DNA of 53,899 nucleotides, the filler included, from Stramenopiles sp. TOSAG23-6 (Eukaryota): the NCBI GenBank assembly GCA_900128565.1. It is 3 parts of 3 records of this genome, joined end to end, with 100 filler letters (N's around TTAATTAATTAA, not from the genome) between each part and the next. Parts side by side here need not be neighbours in the genome. Positions count along the whole stretch, not along the records: positions 1 to 17,973 come from LT636070.1; positions 18,074 to 35,959 come from LT636071.1; 1 more part is not named here. One strand, 5' to 3'. The translations under genes and the position numbers were made by a program. Shown piece after piece: positions 12,492-23,865 of the stretch (the stretch's first letter is position 1; every line of letters begins with the position of its first letter). The notes beneath the pieces were generated by a model. The model was not told the DNA's origin, did not search any database, and saw nothing but the letters and a program-made list of their open reading frames with translations.

Positions 12492-15400
12492 ATGAAACAT
12501 ACGACCACGTCTCTTAGCGGTATTCCGCCTCATGTACACAATCTTATTGAATCTATTACTCGAACTCAAAAGTTATACCAGAGACGATTGCAAGAGGCAG
12601 AGTATCAAATACGTACATTATTTAAAAAGGAATTTTTCCAAGAACACAACTGTAAAAGTATCCCAGAACATACTTTTGCTAAAAATCTAGTTAATCAAAA
12701 GAGTGAAATAAGTAAACTTGAACTGTTTGAAATTCCTTTACGGAAATTGCTACTTTCTGTGAGGAGAAAGTTCAGTAGACTATTGAAAGAAGAAAGGTCA
12801 ATTATTTGTAAATATTGTATTTCTATTGGTTTAAACCCAAAAAATCTTCCTATTCAATTCCAAAGAAATTGTAACCCTAACCCTAATTTTGATACACAAT
12901 GTTTGTTGTCCCACCAACAAAACTCTTTCAATATAAAACAAAATAAAGAAAGCATAGCTCAGCCAAACTCTATTCAAACAACATCATTCAATACTACTCC
13001 TGAATACGATGATAATCGATATAATTCGTCTAGTACGAATGACGAAATTAAAAATGACGACTATAACCCTAACCCTACCCAAAATTGTAGTCAGGTCACA
13101 AATAATGCTACAAAAATATTCTTTGAACCGTCTGTCCTACAATTAAACACATTTGAAACGAAATATAGGGATTGTATTATACTCATAGAAAAATATAAAA
13201 AGACATTACTTGACTTACAAATGAAACATTTTCATCAAACAAAGTTATTGCAACAAAAAAATGAAAAAATAACTTTGGAGAAAGACAAAATTGAAAATGA
13301 ATTTCAAAATTACAAGACTAAAAAAAAAACAGAAATAATTTTTTTGGAACAAAATATAAAAAGTAAAGACACTTATATCAATGAACAAAACTGTATTATC
13401 GAACAAGTCAATGAAAAACTAAAACATTGTGAAAAAGACAAAAAAGAAGAAATGCTTGAAGTTACAAATCATTTTCAAAACACGAAAAAAGAAGAAATTC
13501 TTGAAGTAACAAACAAATTTCAAAAACAATTTGATACTTTATCAGTAGATCATGCAAATATGAAAGAAACTATACGACATGAAATACAGAAAAGAGAGGA
13601 AGCAGAGAAATATACTACAGAAATTGAAAAAAGTGCACAATTATTAGTGAAAATGTAAAGTTGTATGAATTGATTTTGTTTTCAAATTTTTTTCAAATTT
13701 TTTTCAAATTTTTTTTTGTACCTAANANTTTTTTTTTTTTTTTNCTTCACAATACATGCATAATAATTTTGAAGAAAACGCAAATAAAAGAAATAACATT
13801 TTGGAAGAAAAATATTTAAATCAAATTCAAGATAAACAAAACATTCAAAATATACATCAAAAAATAGAATTAGAATCCGAACAGGTTTGTCATACAAATA
13901 CTGAAATGATGAAACAAATTTCAGTGTATCAACATGAAATCCAAAATGTAGAAAATTCGTTACATACTGTTGAAACACGAAATATTGCTTTAGTTGCAGC
14001 GGATGTGATACAGAAACACGAAATCAATAATTATTTGACATTGAAGCAAAAGTGGGAAAATATAAAAAATACATATAAAAAACAAGAAAAAAATTATAAA
14101 ATAGAAATTCATACGTTGGATACTCAATATGGTGCGTATGAGAACGAATCGCGGACACTTGAAAGAAAACTTGAAAAAATGAATAAATTAGAAATTGAAG
14201 AAAAAAAAAAGAAAAAAAAATTGGTTGACAATTTACTAGAGAAAATAAAATCAAAAAACGAAATTATAAAAAAATGTAATTATGAAAAAAATGAACATCA
14301 AATTGTAGAAAAAGAAATGAAAATGTACTTGGAGAATTATTATAAAGAAAGTCAATTATATCGTGATTCAATAGAATACACTGAAGAATTACGTAGAGAT
14401 TTTGTATATGAAACAGAACAACACGAAAAACAACAAAAATATGAAAAACAACAAAAACACGAAAAAGATAAATTGCAAGAGGAAATAAAACATCAAATTG
14501 TATCATTAAACAATATAGAAATAACAGACCATAAAAAAATAGAAGAAATTAAAAACTTGAAAATAAAACAAAAACAACAAAAAATGAAATTCATCAATTT
14601 TGAAACGTCAAATGAAAAAATAGTACAAAAAATGGTACAAAATTATAAATTGGCTCAAGAAAAGTATGAAAATATTGTCGAAGAAAAAAAACATTTACTT
14701 GATAAAATTGAAAATTCAACTGAATCGGACGGTTTAAAATTGATTGTATTGAAAAATCTTCAAGCACAACAAAAACAACAAAATTCTGTTGAACATGAAC
14801 AAAACCACGAAATTTCAAAATTGCACGTGGAAATTTCAAAATTGAAAATGGATTTCCGCGACAAAGAAAAATCATGTATAGACTTACAACACGAAATGAC
14901 ACGAAATAAACATGATTTTGGAGAATATAAGATAATGGAAGCAGAATGCCAATTTAAGTTATTATTACAAAATCGACATCTCTTGGAACAAAAATCTAAA
15001 GAAAAATTGAACTTTGTATGTTTTTCATCATGAATTTCGAATTTATTTTTTTTTCATCATGAATTTCGAATTTATTTTTTTTTCATCATGAATTTTAGTT
15101 TCGATTTTTTTTTTTTTTTTTAAATGCCAGTTTGTCACTGTTTGTATACAATATCGTTTTTGTTTTACATGTATTTATTCTAATAAATATTTTAAATTTG
15201 ACAAAATATTTTTCCTCATTAAATGCAGAAAAAATTCAAAAAAATGAAAAAATAACAGAAATGGCAACAGCAAATTTTTTACAAAATAAAAATTATGTGT
15301 CTATATTAGAAAAAAATTTATATGAAGAGGAAAATGCATTACGTATGTTGGAAAGTCAAATAAAAAGGGATAAAGATTTGTACGTTTTCAAAATTGATTT

Positions 15401-16188
15401 TTTTTTTTTTTTATAGTAAATTTCGTACCTAACAAAACATTTTGACTACAAAAATAAAATATATTTTTCCATAATAAATGCATGAAAAACATTTTGCTTC
15501 ACAAGTAACTAAATTGTCCAAAACTTCTTCTGAATGTCAAACTTTACAAAATGAATTCGAATTGCTTCAAAATAATTATGATAATCAAAATCAAAATTCA
15601 ATTAAAATGAAAAAAAAACTGTTACAATATGAGAATAATTTGGAAACAGAACGAAATGAAACTCATCAATTAATTAGTGAAATGTGGGACAAATTGGAAC
15701 AAAAAACATGTTTGTTCCAAAATAAATTGGAACAAAAAACATGTTTGTTCCAAAATGAAATGAAAGAATTAAAATATCAAAACGAACAATCAAAAAAGAC
15801 GATAAAAATAGTAAAGAATATGAATGAATATCAATATAGTAACGAAAATACATTTCGTGTTTTATGTGGAAACCCTAACCCTACAGTTAATGATTGTCTT
15901 GTGAAGATTAGAAATTTAGAAATGAATACTGAAAAAATTCAAAAAAATCATAGAATTAGAATGTCTGCTGCAGCAAAAGTAGTTGATATGCTTCAAAATG
16001 CTGAAAACAAAATTGCACAATTGGAAAAAGAGGTACGAAAAAAAAACAGAAAAAAAATCACGAAATCTGATACAAGCACGAAATATCACAATCAATTGGA
16101 AAACGACTGTAGTACTGAAAATAATACAAAACATATGCAAATCATGTCATCCTGTGATCCAATGTATTTTGTAAATAATTCCGAATAA
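12492..16188 (+). CDS. Large coiled-coil protein, ~1094 aa (exons 12492-13654, 13758-15015, 15225-15379, 15480-16188)
   Basis: Junctions read LLVKM-HNNF, KLNF-AEKIQ and KDL-HEKH; total 3285 nt = 1095 codons. Confidence 0.75.
13655..13757 (+). other. Non-canonical family intron, GT...AT, 103 nt
   Basis: AAAAT|GTAAAGTTGT...TGTACCTAA...CTTCACAATACAT|GCAT; phase 2. Confidence 0.8.
15016..15224 (+). other. Non-canonical family intron, GT...AT, 209 nt (expanded, internal tandem repeat)
   Basis: TTT|GTATGTTTTTCATC...TATTCTAAT...AAATATTTTTCCTCATTAAAT|GCA GAA; phase 0; divergent 3' motif. Confidence 0.65.
15380..15479 (+). other. Non-canonical family intron, GT...AT, 100 nt
   Basis: GATTT|GTACGTTTTCA...TTTCGTACCTAAC...ATATTTTTCCATAATAAAT|GCAT; phase 2. 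Confidence 0.8.
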
Positions 16189-16378
16189 TGAGACAAAAAA
16201 AAATTTTAAAAATAAATCTTTTTAAACGTTTTTTGTTTCCAATTCAAATGGGGTACCCGGTACCTTCAATTCCAGCCGTTTTGAGCCGTTTCATTTTCCA
16301 AAAAGAAAAGATATACTGTACTATAATATTGAGGTATTATATAATATTGTACATTGCATTTCTGTATTTTTTCTAGAA

Positions 16379-17225
16379 ATGTCAGCCAAACAGAACAAAC
16401 TTACACAGGAAGAAATTGACTCTTGTAGAGATGCTTTCTTACAATATGACAAAGACAGAAGTGGTACAATTGACCAATGGGAATTAAAAGCAGTACTAGA
16501 AGGTAAGTCCCATGAACAAATGTGTAAACGTAACTGCCAATGAAACAACTTCACGTCTCTCCCAATTCTATCCCAAACACGACATATAACACATGTCGTA
16601 TCAATTTTTTAACGACTATCTATAGCTTGTAAAAGCGTTTGTGTGTATAGCTATATGTTTTCTTTGGCTATTTATTGATGTTCTTTGTTTGTACACAAAA
16701 GTTTTGAAGATGAAGTGTTGTGTTTCCATTTGATAGTTTCTATTATTATATTTTTTTATATCTTTTCGATCAACACTTTTTCCATGTCTATATTTTATTC
16801 CTGTATAGCACTCTCTGCTAATATTCAAAACCATAATATTCACAACATTTTATTTTGATCATATTTTTTAATCCTTAGCTATGGGACAGCAGCCAACAGA
16901 CGAAGAAATTTTTCAAATGATTAATGACGTAGACGATAACGCATCTGGATCCATAGATTTTTCTGAATTTTTAACAGTGATAAAAATGCAAAAAAGCCGT
17001 GCATCAAATGTAGATGATGAATCAGATATATTAGATGCTTTCGTTGCTCTAGGTGGAGAATCCGATAAATCAGGTCATGTAAATTCAGAAACTCTGGTTA
17101 AAATAATTAAACACGATTTTGGATTGACTATTAATATTGAACAACTTATTGATGCCATTGATACTGATAATTCTGGTTTAATTGAATATGATGAATTCAA
17201 GCTACTCATGTCTACAACAAATTAA
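16379..17225 (+). CDS. Dynein LC4-like calmodulin-family EF-hand protein (exons 16379-16502, 16879-17225)
   Basis: ATG at 16379; canonical intron; EF-hand loops DKDRSGTID, DDNASGSIDFSEF, DTDNSGLIEYDEF. Confidence 0.85.
16503..16878 (+). other. Canonical GT-AG spliceosomal intron, 376 nt
   Basis: AG|GTAAGT donor and TTTTTTAATCCTTAG| acceptor; no family motifs. Confidence 0.9.
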
Positions 17226-17396
17226 GAAAATTAAGAAAATAGTTGTATCGTATAGTATGATAGATGTTTATAATTGGGAGTTATTATACGTTTTGAAATA
17301 TTTCTAAATTTATAAAAATGAAATAATAAAAAAAAATTTTATTTTTTTTTTGTACGAAAAGAAATTATCAACAATATTTTTTTTTTGGACTACCAA

Positions 17397-17747
17397 TTAA
17401 GGCATCCAATTATGATGTTGTTGTTGTTGTTGTTGTTGCTGTGGTGGTTGTTGCCATTGTTGCTGGTGAGAATTTAATTCAGGTCGTACTTGCCATTGCT
17501 GCTGTTGTTGTTGTTGTTGTTGATAATGCATTCGATTTTGAACTTGTGGTTGTTGCTGCCAATGTGAAGTTTGTTGTTGAATGGCTGACACTCTAGGTAC
17601 CCTTTCTTGAGAAGTGCGCTGCTCCGCAAATAAATCTCTTGATGAAGGATTGTATGAAAGTGGTGCACTTGGAGCAGTGGGTGCAGTAGCTACAGGTAAT
17701 GGCATTGACTGTGACTGCACATCTGTGTATGAATGTCTTTTTTCATC

Positions 17748-17784
<37 letters not shown>

Positions 17785-17972
17785 GGTGGTGGTGGAGAAG
17801 CATTCATTGAATTTCTATACATTGAATTTCGCATTGATCCAGGATCATTGTATTGATGTTGTTGTTGTTGTTGCATTAAAGATGGATTATTATAGTGATT
17901 ATTATATTGTTGTTTTGGTGGTTCATTATATTGTGGTGGTTCATTATATTGTTGTTGTGGTGGATTATTATA
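17397..17972 (-). CDS. Mirror copy of Gln-rich fragment
   Basis: Reverse complement of 2-577. Confidence 0.6.
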
Positions 17973-17973
17973 T

Positions 17974-18073
17974 NNNNNNNNNNNNNNNNNNNNNNNNNNN
18001 NNNNNNNNNNNNNNNNNTTAATTAATTAANNNNNNNNNNNNNNNNNNNNNNNNNNNNNNNNNNNNNNNNNNNN
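17974..18073. other. Artificial contig-joining spacer (N44-TTAATTAATTAA-N44)
   Basis: Exactly 100 nt; central 12-mer has stops in all six frames. Confidence 0.97.
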
Positions 18074-18623
18074 TTTTTAGTGTAAAAAGACGTCAAACAA
18101 AAACAAACAAAAACAAATGGATGAAATAATTATTTTTTATTATACTCTCAATTGAAATTGAAATAAATAAATATGAATTTCATACTATCTATTATTTAAA
18201 ATGAATTGATTTCTATTTTATAAACATTTTAATACTTTTAAGTTATAACAGTGAAGCAAAAAAATTCTCAACTTGAAATTTATATATATTATAAATATTT
18301 CATAAGAAATCACAGAGTCTCCATTTTTTTATATCACCACTTAGCACTTGAATCATTCTGATGACTGACATCGACATCATGATTCATGTGAATCGAATCG
18401 GTCAAATTGGTCAATATCCGCATTGCGCAATCGCAATCGCGAATAGTTTCAGCGGTTTCAGTGGTGATACACGTGATACACAAGTATTAATAGCTATTAG
18501 CTACTGTATACTAACACACAAGAAACAGCTTGATCCCAAGAAAGACATTGGAATATGGCGATAATCATTGTATACCATTGTAGTTATAAAGTAGTTTGAA
18601 GGCTATAAATTTTTGAGCTAGAA

Positions 18624-20393
18624 ATGAATACACTTCAAAGTTCTCAGATTAAAGAGATACTGGTCCTGTCAGCGTGTTTATTTATATCATGGTTTCAAGG
18701 TCGTCGGCAAAGAATTTCCAAGCGGCAAGCGCAGCTCTGTCAAAAGACGCAGAAAAAAATGATGGTGTCACTTTCACCAACTTGTAAGTCACTCAAATGT
18801 TTCGTCATTAATAAAGCTGCCGTTTGCGATGCAGCTTTGATGCGTTATGTGATGCCTTTAGCTGATTTAGCTGAGTGGGTTTTGTTGGGATTTGACGTCG
18901 AGTGGAAACCTAACTTGAAAGGGAAGCCAAAGAATCCACCTGCTGTCGTTCAGTTGTCGACAAAGACACATGTGTTTGTACTTTGTATTTCACACTTTTC
19001 GGTTCCCTCTCCAGCTTTGGCCTATATTTTATCAAGCAATAAATTCATCAAATCAGGTGTTGCGGTACTCCAAGATGCAAAAAGACTCATGAGGCATGTT
19101 TCCTTGGGCTATACTTCTGTGGTTGGTTGCGTTGACTTACGATTACTTGCGGTACGTCAGGGTTGTTGTCCAGATCAGAATTTTTCTTTAAGTCTTCGCA
19201 ATTTATCTCGTCACTTACTTGGGATAGAAATATCAAAAGCCAATGCCTTACGTTGTAGTAACTGGGAAGACTGGCCTTTGACAATGTCTCAGAGCATTTA
19301 TGCAGCCAAAGATGCGATAGTTTCTCGTACTTTATTATTATCTATCATTTCATACAAAAAGAAAAATGTTGACATAAATGAAAATATCAGAAACTTTGTC
19401 ATTCCAATAGTAGATAAGCCATTTTCAATTGATGGTCTTCGTAATGACAAATCTAAGAGCCATAAATGTCAAAACAACATTTATAATAATGAAAAGCGTT
19501 TATTATTGAAACGAAAACGAAGGAAAAGATATACTGCATTTGCTAAACGCAACACTCCACTATATGATAATGTGCGGATGTTGGCACCAGATGGACAATT
19601 GATAGCAATGATTAACCATGATAAAGTGAAGTGGTATATGAAAAGAGGATTGGCTACTGTAGAGAATGAAGTAGATGGATACGATGGTAAAAAACTTGCT
19701 ACTGTAATCCGCCTCACTTTTGAACCCAAAGGTCGTAGAGATGCAAATACACCTTTTTTCACTGCAGTAAAAAATAATTGCTGTGTTACTTGTGGTAACA
19801 ATAAAAATTACGTACGTCACTATGTAATACCTCATAGTTACAGGAAATATTTTCCTCATGAAATGAAGAGTCACGATTCTCATGGTATAGTACTTTTGTG
19901 TGTAACTTGTCAGGAGAAGTGTCAAAAAGCAGATGAAAGAATGAAGAGGACTATTGCCAGGGATCTTGGTATTAAATACTCTAATGGAAATTCACGTGTA
20001 GTCGTCGATGTCAATATAAAAAAGATTCGATGTGCTGCAAATGCTCTGCTCAAATGTAGTCATAAATTACCTGAACAACGGATTGTTGAATTAAAGCAAA
20101 TTATTCGTAGCTATTTTGATAATGGTGTGTTGACTTCTGATAGGAAATCTAGTGACGTGGTTAGTCGTGATGAGCTATTAGCCGCATCTCAGTTAGATTC
20201 TCGAGTAATCAATGAAGATTATATTCCACATGAAAAAATTGTAATCGACAAAATAATCTCAAAAGCCAAATTAGATCACAAAAAAATACATGTAGCATTG
20301 GAACATTTCAATCAACGCTGGCAAAAACATTTTTTGAATACTATGAATCCACAATACTTAAGTCCTCATTGGAAAGAAATGATGAAATTATAA
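18624..20393 (+). CDS. EXD2: EXD2-like 3'-5' exonuclease
   Basis: WRN-type exonuclease motifs (LGFDVEW, CSNWE...YAAKDA) followed by the EXD2 C-terminal region (YDNVRMLAPDG, LTFEP, CVTCG...YRKYFPHEMKSHDSH..LLC..C). Confidence 0.9.
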   Translation: MNTLQSSQIKEILVLSACLFISWFQGRRQRISKRQAQLCQKTQKKMMVSLSPTCKSLKCFVINKAAVCDAALMRYVMPLADLAEWVLLGFDVEWKPNLKGKPKNPPAVVQLSTKTHVFVLCISHFSVPSPALAYILSSNKFIKSGVAVLQDAKRLMRHVSLGYTSVVGCVDLRLLAVRQGCCPDQNFSLSLRNLSRHLLGIEISKANALRCSNWEDWPLTMSQSIYAAKDAIVSRTLLLSIISYKKKNVDINENIRNFVIPIVDKPFSIDGLRNDKSKSHKCQNNIYNNEKRLLLKRKRRKRYTAFAKRNTPLYDNVRMLAPDGQLIAMINHDKVKWYMKRGLATVENEVDGYDGKKLATVIRLTFEPKGRRDANTPFFTAVKNNCCVTCGNNKNYVRHYVIPHSYRKYFPHEMKSHDSHGIVLLCVTCQEKCQKADERMKRTIARDLGIKYSNGNSRVVVDVNIKKIRCAANALLKCSHKLPEQRIVELKQIIRSYFDNGVLTSDRKSSDVVSRDELLAASQLDSRVINEDYIPHEKIVIDKIISKAKLDHKKIHVALEHFNQRWQKHFLNTMNPQYLSPHWKEMMKL

Positions 20394-20402
20394 ATAAAAC
20401 CT

Positions 20403-20469
20403 TAAATCTATAGTGTCAAGTAATACTTATACTTTTAAATCTATAGTGTCAAGTAATACTTATACTTTT
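20403..20469. repeat. 33-bp tandem duplication in 3' intergenic region
   Basis: TAAATCTATAGTGTCAAGTAATACTTATACTTT x2. Confidence 0.85.
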
Positions 20470-20619
20470 GGATGCATCAATAGAAAGAAACATTATGAAA
20501 TTCATGCTTATTTTTCATTTTCCAACATTATTATATTAATACACAACATTTCAATTCAAATATTGAACACTTATGTAAAATATAATTAATATTTCAAAGT
20601 AATAATATTTAATTTGTTT

Positions 20620-23439
20620 TTATCTAGTACTTTTCCACTTCATAAATGAAAACTCACACTCTGCAGCTACTGATAAACTAAAATCGCCAACCCAACCGGT
20701 TCCATAGCAGCATGGTACAATAATATAACACTGATCTGGGTCAAGTATTTCCATTGTAAACCCAAGTGGTGTAGCAACTTGGCTCATTGGAACAAAATTA
20801 GTTTGAAATGTTTCATCTTCTGAGTATTTTATACCAAGATTTTTATCGACAGCATTTCTCGTAGTCGGTAAAATGTAGAAACCAATCATGCAGCTTACCG
20901 GATCTCTTTTCGTTAATCGCGCCCACGTATTTTCAGGTCTACATAAATTTATATTGACATCAACTTTTTCTCCTGCATCACCATGTAACTGTAGCACAAA
21001 CTTTGGATTTTTTCTCCACTGAGATGGATTAATATGACAACCACCAGCGGTATTTTCAGTCCATGAGGATCCAATGGTTTGCATGTTAGATTCTTCCAAT
21101 TTACGTACATTAATGGGCAAATCACTGTGAAACTCCAATTGAAAATCTCCATCTACTTCTGCATCCATCATTGGCGAGACAATTAATCCTCGTTCACAAA
21201 ATCGTGTGGATAATTCTCGCAACAAAGTACAGGAATTCTCAACATTACTAAAATATGAAATAATGGCCCATTCTTCTGGTTGAATTTGTAATTTTCGATC
21301 AATTTGCAAATTTCCAGTGGAGTTTGAATTGTCTTGCAACTGTGCCATCGATAAGTTACTTGGCTGTGTTGGAGGTAAACGTCCCGTTGATAAAAGAACA
21401 GCCTTTTTGGGAGGTTTTAAACGTTTCCGTCGAGTGCTTGGTAAATCAACAGTTGGTTTCACTACAACTAACCCCAAAGTTTCTTTTTTTAATTTTGTAG
21501 GTCCAAGTCTTTTAAGTACAACTTTTACTGTGGTAGAATCCTCCTTTCTTGATGAGGGTAAAAACAATGCATATTGTGGGTTTTGACACCAAGTTCGATT
21601 ACTTCGACCTTCTTTTGTAAGTAGAGGGCCACCTGATGTATCCACCATTCCTCCTTGCTGCCATGTAGAACGAAATATTTGAGTATATGTCTCCAGTATA
21701 GGTTGTAATTTAATTGTAGATTTTGTAAATAATCGTAAAACATATTCTGAGCATATTCCTGTAGTATTTGTATGCGGAATGATAAAGTATGCATATCGAT
21801 TATCTACCTTAATTGAACCTTTTGAAACTTCGCGCTGTGGAAAATTTGATGCAAAATTTGAACTACTTGCTTTTGTGACAATGTCGTCAACGTCTTCTTC
21901 CCATACTCTTGTTGACCATGATTTAGGTTTTCGGATGACTGTAAAGTCAATGGAAATATTATCAGCCAAAATGTCACCAAATTCACTTTTTTCATGATTT
22001 TGTTGATTTCCATTATTTTCATTATGTTGGTTATCACTTTGTTTTGATTCCTTTCTTTTTTTTCTACCTAATCTTCGATCATGTTGAGATAAACTTATAA
22101 AAATATCAAACACACCTCGATCACTCACAGTAAGACGATATTGTGGATTATTAAACCATTGAGGATCACCATTCATTCGGTGATGCCAACCAACATGTTC
22201 TTCCGCCCTCTTTTCTTGGTCAGATGATAAACCTGCTCCACCTTTACATCTACCCTTTGTAGCAGGAGCAATAACACCCACAGGCTTACGCTTTGTTTTA
22301 TTAAATACTTTACCACCCATTTTAGGTTTATCTGATGCTTTGGGTGATTTACTCTGTAAATGTGCTGGTTCTCCTTCCCCTCTATTTGTAATCTCCATAT
22401 GAGCACCAGCAGCTGATTTACCTTCCCATTTCCCATGGACGAGATATTGATTATACTCCTTCCCAAAGATTCGACAAATATATAATTTGTTATATATAGA
22501 AATATAATCTTTCCATAACATCCAAAATGTACCGTCCTCTTCTAGTGTGAAATCTGCATTTTCATCATTTTTCAATGCTTCAACAATTTCAGGATTTTTT
22601 TCCCAATCTTTCGATTTGTCACTCCATTCACCATTCCACTCACCTTTACCCCAAGGATTACGTATTTTAATAAATTTTTTACCTTTCACTTCAGTTGCAT
22701 AGAGTATTGAGTATGCATGATTTACTAAAATACCTTCAGATTCCTCAGTTTCTTCTTCCACCTCTGCACCAGCTATGTTATAACTTGTGCAGAGCAAATA
22801 ATTTTGTTCAACATACTGAAGCATTTTTTTCCATAAAACACCATTTTTTGCATTTTCCATTGTCGCAGGATCAGTAAAAAGCAATTTTTGAGATACACCT
22901 CCTGATAGATCGACTAAAGCTTCAGCAACTGAACCAGAATTTAAAGCTGCGTAAGAACCGTGTAGCTTTGCGTAGGCTTTTTCCAAAAAAACAACCCATA
23001 GCTCATTTGGTGCTTTATTTCGCGCAAAAATAGGCAATCGAGTAGTTACGCTACATGGTATTAATGTATCAATAATGACAGATATCCAAGAGCCATTCTT
23101 ATAGAATCGCATTGTACATTTCCCTGTATCTTCAAACACGTCAACGTCATCGAGAAATAAATGTTCAATAATGTCTTGAGGGTGCATTGCAACAACAGAG
23201 AGCGAACCCAACAAATAACAATCCCCTAGTTCACCTTGAATAACGTCTCCAGCCTCAGTTCCCTGGAAAAACAAGCAAGGATCCTCAGTTATCTCACCAG
23301 GTTTACCAAATTCGTGGGGTCGCAGCCATATTATATCATGTGTTATAGGTTCACCGTCTTCATCTTCGCCAAACGCATCTTTGCCAATCGATCTCTCGCT
23401 TGGAGGGAAATCATCATCGACAAATAACTCGACACTCAT
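20620..23439 (-). CDS. Calpain-family cysteine protease (CysPc plus repeated domain III-like modules)
   Basis: Catalytic triad motifs QGELGDCYLL, NHAYS, IRNPWG; three W...(A/S)GG/AG...NP(Q/K)(Y/F) domain III-type starts. Confidence 0.92.
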   Translation of the reverse strand: MSVELFVDDDFPPSERSIGKDAFGEDEDGEPITHDIIWLRPHEFGKPGEITEDPCLFFQGTEAGDVIQGELGDCYLLGSLSVVAMHPQDIIEHLFLDDVDVFEDTGKCTMRFYKNGSWISVIIDTLIPCSVTTRLPIFARNKAPNELWVVFLEKAYAKLHGSYAALNSGSVAEALVDLSGGVSQKLLFTDPATMENAKNGVLWKKMLQYVEQNYLLCTSYNIAGAEVEEETEESEGILVNHAYSILYATEVKGKKFIKIRNPWGKGEWNGEWSDKSKDWEKNPEIVEALKNDENADFTLEEDGTFWMLWKDYISIYNKLYICRIFGKEYNQYLVHGKWEGKSAAGAHMEITNRGEGEPAHLQSKSPKASDKPKMGGKVFNKTKRKPVGVIAPATKGRCKGGAGLSSDQEKRAEEHVGWHHRMNGDPQWFNNPQYRLTVSDRGVFDIFISLSQHDRRLGRKKRKESKQSDNQHNENNGNQQNHEKSEFGDILADNISIDFTVIRKPKSWSTRVWEEDVDDIVTKASSSNFASNFPQREVSKGSIKVDNRYAYFIIPHTNTTGICSEYVLRLFTKSTIKLQPILETYTQIFRSTWQQGGMVDTSGGPLLTKEGRSNRTWCQNPQYALFLPSSRKEDSTTVKVVLKRLGPTKLKKETLGLVVVKPTVDLPSTRRKRLKPPKKAVLLSTGRLPPTQPSNLSMAQLQDNSNSTGNLQIDRKLQIQPEEWAIISYFSNVENSCTLLRELSTRFCERGLIVSPMMDAEVDGDFQLEFHSDLPINVRKLEESNMQTIGSSWTENTAGGCHINPSQWRKNPKFVLQLHGDAGEKVDVNINLCRPENTWARLTKRDPVSCMIGFYILPTTRNAVDKNLGIKYSEDETFQTNFVPMSQVATPLGFTMEILDPDQCYIIVPCCYGTGWVGDFSLSVAAECEFSFMKWKSTR

Positions 23440-23865
23440 TGAACTGATTTCTTTTCTACTCTTGTTTTTAAAGGAAATTTGTGTCTTTCGAAGGGTGTCT
23501 ATAATTTTTGTTCACAAGAAAATTACAACAAAGATTAGATTTAGATCGGATATGTTGTTTATTTTGGAAAAAAAAAGCAAAATGAAACGTCTTTTTTTTC
23601 CTTTTCCCCGGAGATTTCGTGTTTTTGGAATTCATGAAACGTCATCCGTTATTTGATTTGTTTAGCTGATAAAAATTAATAACAATAAAGATAATAAAAA
23701 TTAGATTGATAGAATCTATTTCAAAACCAGAGGATTCTTTTTACACCAAAATCCTAATAGTTTGCAATTTGCAAATATATAATATAATCCAAAGTATAAT
23801 AGTTCAATAGCGCATTCATTGATAGACACAGAAATAATTTAGAATCTATCAAGAGACTAAGAAAA

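Larger units (their letters stand above)
1..17973. repeat. Contig 1: giant inverted repeat (arms ~1-8959 and ~9015-17973, x mirrors 17974-x); probable MDA/assembly fold-back
   Basis: Every ORF has an identical mirror (e.g. 749..1093- and 16881..17225+). Ambiguous bases are mirrored too (N4230/N13744). The loop is a low-quality poly-A/T stretch. Confidence 0.95.

Noticed and set aside
13655-15479. Alternative genetic code, readthrough or pseudogenes as the explanation for split ORFs
   Set aside because: Breaks coincide exactly with family copies and include frame changes. TAA, TAG and TGA all terminate genes normally.
18018-18029. TTAATTAATTAA as a biological motif (e.g. piggyBac TTAA site)
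   Set aside because: It is centred in identical 100-nt N spacers; a six-frame-stop linker.
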